Assembly: GCA_021613535.1 (NCBI GenBank)
Contig: CP075494.1
Location: forward strand, 14,880,001-14,944,000
Length of the DNA stretch: 64,000 bases
Source: Adineta vaga
Lineage: Eukaryota; Animalia; Rotifera
Direction of reading: 5' to 3'
Both the position numbers and the translations under genes were made by a program. Under the pieces are notes generated by a model, which saw only the letters and a list, made by a program, of their open reading frames with translations, was not told where the DNA came from and did no database searches. Positions 53,207 to 64,000 of the stretch are shown one piece after another (within the stretch, counting starts at the first letter, position 1; each line of letters opens with the position of its first letter).

Positions 53207-53622
53207 CTAACGATGCATTGATACCCATTCAGCAATTGATTCAGTAATAAGATTAAACAAAACTTCAATTTTAACTTTAAGAATATTATTTTCTTCTTGT
53301 AAGATTTGAATATGTTTTCGAATTCGATCTGCAGTATCATTTGAAATTTCATGAAATATTTCAGCATTTTCTAAATAAAAAAGAGATTCTTTTCTATAAA
53401 TTAAACCAAACAATGCTCATTCTGAATTAATTTACCCGTATTCCAATTTCCATTATCAGTATTGAAGAAGATTTTTCGATCAGCAATTTTCACGTCAATT
53501 ATGTTACATATGGGACCAAACTCATGACAGGATTCTTCTGTTGATAATTTCAATGGATTTTTAGAAACATCTTTTCTTGCCTTAGTTCTTTTGAAAGAAA
53601 ACGCTTGCTTCAAAAAAGACAT
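53207..53622 (-). CDS. CBY1: Chibby-like coiled-coil protein (2 exons)
   Basis: MSFLKQAFSFKRTKARK...KIFFNTDNGNW plus coiled coil LQEENNILKVKIEVLFNLITE. Confidence 0.75.
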
Positions 53623-54328
53623 CGTGTTAGTTTTGAATAATAGATTTTCATCTATCATTTAACGTGAATCGTTGCTATCGACCTATAAATGGCGCATGAT
53701 TCTAGTCGTTTAGACCTCCATTTGTTCCTACGAACACCAACAGTTTCGTTTAGAAATTAATAAAAAGCCAACGATGTTTCAATAGTAATAAAACAATTTA
53801 CTAAGGATTCTCTCATATTCAATCAAGATATTATTAACTGACTTGAACAAGTTTAGATTTTACTCCATAATCAATTATTTCATATAACATAAATTTGATT
53901 TTCAATACAATAAGAATATTTTACTTGTAGTCTATCATAGTAACTAAGCAATAGTTTTTCTTTTCTTTCTAACTGCATTACTGTTTTAGAATCCTTCATC
54001 TACCAGCGACAATAGTATATCAAAATAGTAATTCCTTATCAAATAAATTCTTCTATCCAATATATAATTCTCAATAAAAATAAAAATTAACGGAATTTTC
54101 CAAAGAATATTTCCAATTTGGTTATGCCCTCTCTATAGATGTTAGTTCGTCGGTCCGTATTTTAATCAAGTAATATCTTCTGAATCCGCCATGTTGCATA
54201 TATGCTTGCTTGACTCTCGATAAGTGTATGTGAATCTACTTCTACTTTAGTTTTCGTATTTTCTTTTTGTTTACAATATTATCAAGTATCTTCAATTTTT
54301 CTTCAGATTATGTCACCAATCAAACAAG

Positions 54329-56197
<1,869 letters not shown>

Positions 56198-56844
56198 AAA
56201 AGATAGACAATTGTTCTTGTTCTTTCATCAATTCTTTATCATCAGAATCATACAAATAAAAATTCTCTAACCATCATCTCTCTATTCTGATGATCATAAA
56301 TAAACTTCTGTTTAACATCATCGTTACTTTTTTTTTCTTCTCCTTGTTTGCCTCTTTTAACTGAGATCTTGAATGGATACACATTGTATAAGTTTATCTA
56401 AAACTCGTAAGAGAGAAAATCGCTCCAGTCGTCTATGTTCTTTTTTCTTCGTTTGTTTGTTTTTTTTTCTTCCTTGTTATTTTTGTCGTTACGTTTTGTT
56501 CGTCAAACGGGAAAAAAAGATTCATTTCATATACACATATCATAGATACTATATCAGAAGCCTACATTAAAGCAAGAAAAAAACCAAACACATACATACA
56601 TATATATATATATGAAAGTTTTATATTAGATGATGCTATGTCTTCTGTATATAAATTACTAAATAATAATCATCAATATAAAGTTTTCAATTTTTATTCT
56701 ATTTAAAAAGAAAGAAAGAAAGAAAAACGGTATGACAATGATCTGAATAATAAATCGTTCTTGCTTAATCGTTCGAATGTAACGTAATAATTTGATTAAA
56801 AAAAAGACAAGTCTTGCGACTGATGTCCGAATACGACAACAAAA

Positions 56845-58592
56845 TTAATCAAGATCATTAGCTGAAGATGCACCAGCACCACCACCCATGCCACCTAGAA
56901 GAATACATTATGATGGAAATTCATGATGAAGCAAATAATAGAAAACTAACCTGGAAAACCTGGGAAACCACCTCCCATTGGTCCACCTGCACCACCAAAT
57001 TTACCGGCAAGTTTTTCCATAACTTTACGTACCTTTGGATTACTTTGATGAGCAGCTATTTTCGATGGATCAGCACTGACTTCCTGAAAATTATAGTATT
57101 TAGAGTACGCTGCCTATTTAAAATCATAGACATTGATGCCGAAGTTCTTACCGAAAAAGCTTTTTGTACATCAGGATCTTGTAATGCTTCCATTATTTCT
57201 GGATCATTTAGCATAGCGCCCAATCCTCCGAGATCGGCACCACCAGCACCACCACCCATATCACTCATACCTCCCATATCACCCATACCTCCCATGCCGC
57301 CCATACCTCCCATACCACCCATACCACCCATACCACCCATGCCGCCCATGCCTCCCATACCACCTAAATGGACGTAAAGATAGGACACATCAAATGGCAA
57401 ACTATCATACGGTTATACCTGGAAATCCTGGAAATTGATGTCCACCTGCAGCACGAGCTTGTTGTTCGCGTGCTCGACGTTCATTTTCTTCCTGTTGTGC
57501 TTTGGCATAAGCTTCTTGAGCTTTACGAATACGTTCACGTTTAGCTTCAATTTCTTTTGTTTCTCGACGGCGTTCATATTTACGTTTATGTTCAGTAACT
57601 TTTTTCGCCTATATAAAATTCAAACATACAATGATAAACGAAACACACTATAAAATAAATGAATTTACATTTGCTTCAACTTCTTTACACCATGTTTGTA
57701 CATCTTCGTCAAAATCCGATATTTGAGCTTTACAAAAATCTTTATAAGCTGCTTCCCAATCACCCAACATACTAAACGAATAAATCAATTATGGTGCAAA
57801 AATAATCTTATGAATTTCATACCGATGAGCTTTTCCTCTCCATTTCAAAGCTTGTTGAGAATTTTCATTGATTTCTAAAGCTCGATTACAATCACGTACA
57901 GCTGCATTTGGTTTTTGAAGTTTGATGTAACATTGAGCACGTTTAGCGTAGAGAATAGCCGATTGTGGGTTATTTTCAATTGCTTGTGTAAACAATGAAA
58001 TAGCATCTTCAAATGCACCTTCAGAAAGTTTTCCTTGAGCTTCAGATCGTTTCACATCGGCTTGTTCTAACATAGCATCTGTAACCTATTTAAATTAACA
58101 TTTCGTTATTAAATAAAACACTTAAGTTTCACACTCAATCATACTTCAGCATTAGCGTCTCCCATCGATTGTGGTGGATCATTATCTCCAGCAATAACAC
58201 CGGTTGTATCCAATTCTATTTGAAGAAGAAAATCAAGAAAATTATAAAGAATGATCAAGAAAAATGTCTTACCTAAATCACTTTCTGGGTCACTTTCTAC
58301 TTTTGGTGGTTCTGCTTCTTGACTAGTTGAAGATTTATGTTCTTCTTCATCGACATTTATCTTTGATGATTGTGAACTTTCTTGTTTTTTATTAGCAGGA
58401 AGTGTTGCACCTAATCTAAATGAAATATATATATTTTTTATAATGATTTTATTCAAATCGTTCATTTTACTTTGAAAGCCATTGTCGAAAAAACTCCAAT
58501 TCAGGTGCATGAAGTAATTCAGGTTGAGCTTCGCATAAAGAAACAAATTGTTTAAGAAGACGAACGTGTTCGCTTGGAATATTATTCGACAT
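56845..58592 (-). CDS. ST13: Hsc70-interacting protein Hip/ST13 (dimerisation domain, TPR, GGM repeats, STI1)
   Basis: LLKQFVSLCEAQPELLHAPEL...LGATLP, ELDTTGVI, TPR AILYAKRAQCYIKLQKPNAAVRDC, GGM repeats, LNDPEIMEALQDPDV, C-terminal NDLD*. Confidence 0.95.
57240..57365 (-). repeat. Coding 9-bp tandem repeat encoding (GGM)n of ST13
   Basis: Repeated ggtggtatg/ggaggtatg/ggcggcatg units. Confidence 0.9.
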
Positions 58593-59199
58593 TTATGAAT
58601 ATTTCGATGATTTCTAGAAAAGAAATAGGAAATATTTATAGAGCGCCATCTAGATTTTGCGTTCTTATAAAGATAAAATTATATTTCATTGCATATAAAA
58701 TCGAATACATCAATTCCATTCAGATGGATCAAAGTCATCGTTTTGAATGCGTATTTAGAATGATAACGATATGCATGAGAAAACGAAATAAATAAATACA
58801 GTATAGTCAGCGAAGTATACAACAACAACACAATCAATAATATCTTCGTTATTCGCTTGCATGCACGCACATATACACGCACGAATGTCAGAACGACATG
58901 ATTCATCTCGTCCTACGTACATGGTGCCATCCTCCTTGGTCATATAGATTAATTCATAACAATTGTATTTTGTGATTATTCTTGAAAATAAATCATTTTT
59001 TCTTCAATAATATTTTCATTAATACTATAATAATATAGATGGCATCAGTTCGCCACCGGAAAACTTCGAAAAATCAAATTCATAGGTATAACATTTTTTA
59101 CTAAATTACTACACGAATAAAGCATAACTACATTTAAAATATATGAAATGACAATAAAAGGGTGGATTCAAATGATTTGAACAGAAAAATCATTATGAT

Positions 59200-61109
59200 T
59201 TAATCCGTTGTTTGTTTCGATGATGTAGTTACATTTGGTCCTGAAAAATAGAAAGAATACTTGTTTATATGTATTGAAATTACTTTACCTGCTAGAGGAA
59301 CTTGTTCAGGTATAACAGGATGTTTAATGGCCCATGGTTGAACTTCACCTGATCCGATCATTAGAAATACAATCATACCAAGAATATAAATAACTGCACA
59401 AATGAAAAATACAATACGCCAATTATTTGGATCCTATTTTCATTAGTAAAGCCTTTCATGTGCATGAAAAATCTCTTGATAGAACATACTTTTTCAGTAA
59501 GAGCTCCCACAATATAAGGACTGATAATTCCTGGAATAGTAGCGAATGTATTTGATATACCAAAAACGATGCCTGCATAGGATGGAGCAATATCATTTGC
59601 AGTTAACATAAAACCTCCACCATAACAACATCCTCTAAATAAAGACAAATAAAAAAACATGCGAATAAAAAATCAACCGATCAATAATCGTAATTACGTG
59701 AATGTAATACCAACGGTTAATAAACCAACAGCAACATATTTAAGTTTACATGTCATAAATGCTAGACCAATGACAAATATAGCTGGAAATAAATTTCCTA
59801 ATACATTGAATAATTTTCTTGTTTGTGTTCGAGTTAAAAGTTTCTTTCGAATGCACATATCAGCTAGAGCACCGGATATATTTATATTGAGCCAAAATAT
59901 CAAATAAGGTAATGACGAAAGTAAACCATTCTAAGTGTAACACGAAAAAGATATCATTCTATTTACTTTTATTATTGTGATTTACTTACAGATTTAATAT
60001 CGAATCGTAATACTTCAGACATATATTTTGGTATTGATGTAAGAAATGTATATGTACCCCAATTATTACATGTATGAATAGTAAATAATGCCCAACAAGC
60101 AGGTGAAGTTAAAATAGCTTTCCATGGTGCTTCAAATTCATTTTTACTATGACTTGATAATTGTTGTTGTGTACTATCAAGAATAAATTCTTTTTCTTCG
60201 TTACTAATACAACGATGATCACGAGGTGAATCCGCATAAAATATTAACCAAAAAATACCCCATATAAGACCAATAATACCTGTCGAATAAAAAATTAAAG
60301 GCCAACCACCAACAAAATTCCATGAACACATTATACCACCGAGTGATAAGGTTAAAACATTGCCAATTTGTGCACCTATTTGTTTTTAAAAGAAAAGAAC
60401 ATAATAAAAATGATAAATTTTATCGTTTCTCTCACCAGCATTCATAAAACCAACAAGTTTGCCTCGTTCATTAGGTGGAGCCCAATGTGCCATTATAACA
60501 GTCATACTTGGCCATATAACTCCATGTGTCAGACCGACAATTAATCGTAAGAACCATAATACAGCATAATGTAAACTTGCACCCCATGGCATTAATATCG
60601 TAAAAATACCTGAGATAACCATTGCTATGCCAAATATGTATCGAGCACCAAATCGACTAGCCAAATAACCACCAGGTATTTCAGTAATTAAATAACCATA
60701 AAAATAACCTCCTAAAATAAAACCTTGAACATTTTTTGTCCATGGATATGGACCTTCCTATTAATTAGTTACGATGAGTATGTAAATTTTCTTCTTGAAT
60801 TAAATAAACTTACAATTTTCACTGTATTATTGGCGCGTGGACAATCAATATCAGCTTGTGTAAGTGGCATTGCATTACTATATTTATGTTGAGCAATTGC
60901 TGAATGATTAACCATACAAACGAGAGCAATACCCACATTGATCTTTTGTGAATAATGTGCTACCATGCCAAGAAATCCAACAAAAGCAACAGCAACACGA
61001 ATTGAACACCAGAAAGAAACTATAAATGTCTAATATTATTTTCTAAAGACTTGAATATATATTTATTTTAGTTACCCGGTCGTGATAGTTGAATCTCTGA
61101 TTGAGTCAT
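59200..61109 (-). CDS. SLC17/sialin-like MFS anion:cation symporter (multi-exon)
   Basis: [80 protein letters not shown]. Confidence 0.92.
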
Positions 61110-62729
61110 CGGAGTGATTTTGTAAAAGATATTCAATAATGATTTAAAAAAAGTCTTGTAGTTCTAAAAAATAAAGATTTAATTGGCGCTATACTTTATG
61201 TTCGTATAGTATTGTAGAAATATTAACGAATGCATAAGAAAACAAGGAATGGTTGTTTTTCTAATGAAGATTATCTGTTCTGTTCGTCATCGTCGTCACT
61301 AGATTTTTCTCTGCTACATAAGCGGAGGCAAAAAAAAACTCTCGTGTTCTATTTTTCTCTACAAAACTATCAAAAAATACTCGGTACATCGGCCTTGCTG
61401 TAAAAAAGAAAGAAAGAATAGAAACTAGTTATATGCACGCACAAGACATTATATACTCAATGCAAAATAATGACTGTGAAGAGAAGAGAACATGTATAAT
61501 ATATATGTAAATAGATAATTAAAACAAAATTCTTCTTTTTTGTTTTGTTTTTGAAGACTAGTCATCGTAATAAAATGAAAATCATTGACAAATTCATGTT
61601 CATTATTGATTTCTCAGAAATAGACGATGCTGCAGATAATCTTGCTGTTACTATAATGATAGCGACAAAATAGTGTTTATGAGTCTCATATTGAGATACA
61701 TAATGAAAAAAAACAGCGATTTCTCAGTTTAAGTGTGACATACTAGTTGAAATGCATATGTTTTAAGTACGGTTATAAAAAGGTAAAAGGTATACACTTT
61801 TTTCCTCTTCAGTACAACCAATTAAAAATGCTTTAAAGTGAATACATTATCTATATAAATCATTTTGATAATATTTTCGAGTATTAATTAATGAAAAGTA
61901 TAAACATTGCACTGAAGGTATTAGTTTACTAATGAGCAATTCAACATTGAAGAAAATGATAGTCTTTCTAATATGAAATTAGATACACATTAGATCTTTT
62001 TTATCGCCTTATTCTTGAATTTAAGTCGAAGTTTTGAGTTCGATTTGGGATATATCCAGTAGTTTGCTTCTGTCATTTATTTTTTATACTCATCACATGA
62101 ATTGTATCACCTATTATTCATTCCATATCTTGCTATCGACAGACAGGACAATGACATTTGTTTGAATCAAATTTTATACCAGTTGATAAAGAAACCACAG
62201 AAATTTTTGTATATCAAAGAGAATTATATTAATTATCAGCAATCGTTACATCGTAATAATAGATATCATCTTAATGAAAAGACTTTCTCAACAAGATTTT
62301 GATGTTATTTACAAGTGTCACTATCAAGATCACTATATACTTTCCAGTAGGAATAAAGTAAAAAAGTGATTGCAGATTTCCGACATAAGACTTAATCATG
62401 ACTGAAATAAAATTAACATCTTTTTGTCTAAATTTACTGGAAATTATTTTCAGAAACTGTTTTGTGCCGTAATAGACAAATGCGTCGATGATCAGTTTCA
62501 TCAAGTATTCTTATTTCACTACTAACATTTTCTATAGAAGAAAATGAAAAAAAAATCTCTTACTCCTTTGTTTGTGGCGCTATTATCCTACTTGATTCAA
62601 TCGAACCAATCGAGTTTCTGAATGTATCCCTTTTATCATAAACGTATCAATTGTTTCCCATTTTCTTTTTCTCTTCGTCTATCTTAAATTTAAATTAATT
62701 TCCAACATTCATACGTGTTCAGATTAATA

Positions 62730-63219
62730 ATGGCATTTACATTCGTAGCATTTGCTTATATTGTAGCACTTATACTAACAGCATTGCTTATCTTTTTCGC
62801 AATTTGGCATGTAAGACTTAATTTAGTTTTTGTTTTTTCTCACTCTTGATTTTATCTTTTCATAGATTATTGCCTTTGATGAATTAAAAAATGATCATAA
62901 AAATCCTATTGAACAATGTAATGCATTAAATCCACTTGTTTTACCTGAATATATCATACATATTTTTATCAATATTCTTTTTCTTCTTGGTGGTCAATGG
63001 TTAACATTAGTTTTCAATGCACCATTAATTGCTTATCATATCAATAAATTTCGTACACGTTCAATGAAAAGTGGATTTGGTATTTATGATCCAACGACGA
63101 TAATGAATGCTCATATATTGAGTTTAGCACAACGTGAAGGATGGATCAAACTTGGTTTCTATATGATTACATTCTTCTATTATCTCTATTCTATGATTGC
63201 TGAACTTATTCGGGAATAA
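62730..63219 (+). CDS. cni: Cornichon ER cargo receptor (2 exons; missed by the ORF track)
   Basis: MAFTFVAFAYIVALILTALLIFFAIWH | IIAFDELKNDHKNPIEQCNALNPLVLPEY...YDPTTIMN...EGWIKLGFY... Confidence 0.95.
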
Positions 63220-63561
63220 ATCAAAGGAATCGTTTTCTCACTTTCGTTATTTTTTTGTTTCAATTGTGATATTTCTTTCTTTTTGTTATTTGTTTAAGAT
63301 CATGAACGATCAAATCATATAAAATGATTCATTCGTGTATGTTAATTGAATAGATTGATAAAAAATTTGTTGGTACTAATAACGAATTGGACATATTCTG
63401 AAAAATTGAAGAAAAAAAATAAAAAGGTCCAGAGAAGTATTTTCCTTTTTCTACGATCAAGGAAGGTAATATTCGTTTCACATTCAAAATATCTGTACAC
63501 AAGACAAATCAGATGCTTTCAATGAATAAACACGAAACGATTCCTCAGATTTTCTTTTTAG

Positions 63562-63885
63562 ATGGATGCAACTGATCAACGATTTCGTACTCTTCTTATC
63601 AATGTTGGTAATAGATTATCGATGAAAGATCGACAATCTCTTGGTTTTATTCTTGGTGGTGATGTACCACGTCAAGATCTTGATACGATTGCTCGCGATA
63701 GTCATGCATCGATGAATATTATTTGGGACGCCTTAATTCAACGAGATAAAATTAATTTTCATAATGTTGATTATCTCATACGTTGTTTCGAAAGTATTGG
63801 TCGTATGGATATAGTTCGATTATTAAAAGAATATTTACAAGAACCTGCTGAACCAACAGCTCTATTCAGACAATTCAATCCATAA
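63562..63885 (+). CDS. Stand-alone death effector domain (DED) protein
   Basis: FRTLLINVGNRLSMKDRQSLGFIL...LIQRDKINFHNVDYLIRCFESIGRMDIVRLL with an RxD-I variant of the RxDL motif. Stop shortly after the domain. Confidence 0.8.
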   Translation: MDATDQRFRTLLINVGNRLSMKDRQSLGFILGGDVPRQDLDTIARDSHASMNIIWDALIQRDKINFHNVDYLIRCFESIGRMDIVRLLKEYLQEPAEPTALFRQFNP

Positions 63886-64000
63886 AATTTTCTCAACTCT
63901 TTTGAGACTTTTCTGATTTCATTTTGCTTCTTTATTAGTAAACAAAAAATTGATGTAGTTTTAATTTGTTTTTTTTTCTCAATCTTTTTTATATTAATCT

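Noticed and set aside
56868-57377. Plus-strand Pro-rich 169-aa ORF
   Set aside because: Antisense reading of the ST13 GGM repeat.

Overview
AT-rich eukaryotic (animal) genomic DNA with dense genes split by very short (~50-65 nt) GT-AG introns. The gene style and repertoire suggest a bdelloid rotifer (inference). Most entries in the ORF track are exon fragments or spurious. Recognisable genes, in order: GNAT/AANAT-like acetyltransferase, divergent multi-TM (GPCR-like) protein, decayed RING/TRAF-like fragment, small secreted protein, NOX5-type NADPH oxidase, Meis/homothorax, CTTNBP2, DUF389 protein, DDX3/PL10, an accessory island (~37.4-46.4 kb) holding an F-box exon, a 140-bp exon+intron LRR tandem array and MITEs, Kidins220, Chibby, eIF4A (with a candidate intronic H/ACA snoRNA), ST13/Hip, an SLC17 transporter, cornichon and a DED-only protein. 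Two observations stand out. (1) The LRR array has near-invariant introns and scaffold codons, while the solvent-exposed beta-strand codons are hypervariable and recombined between units, suggesting a cassette-type diversified F-box/LRR recognition system. (2) A symmetric phase-1 exon inserts a modified Kunitz/BPTI domain into the predicted extracellular loop C of a NOX5 enzyme. All exon structures were read by eye and no database search was run.
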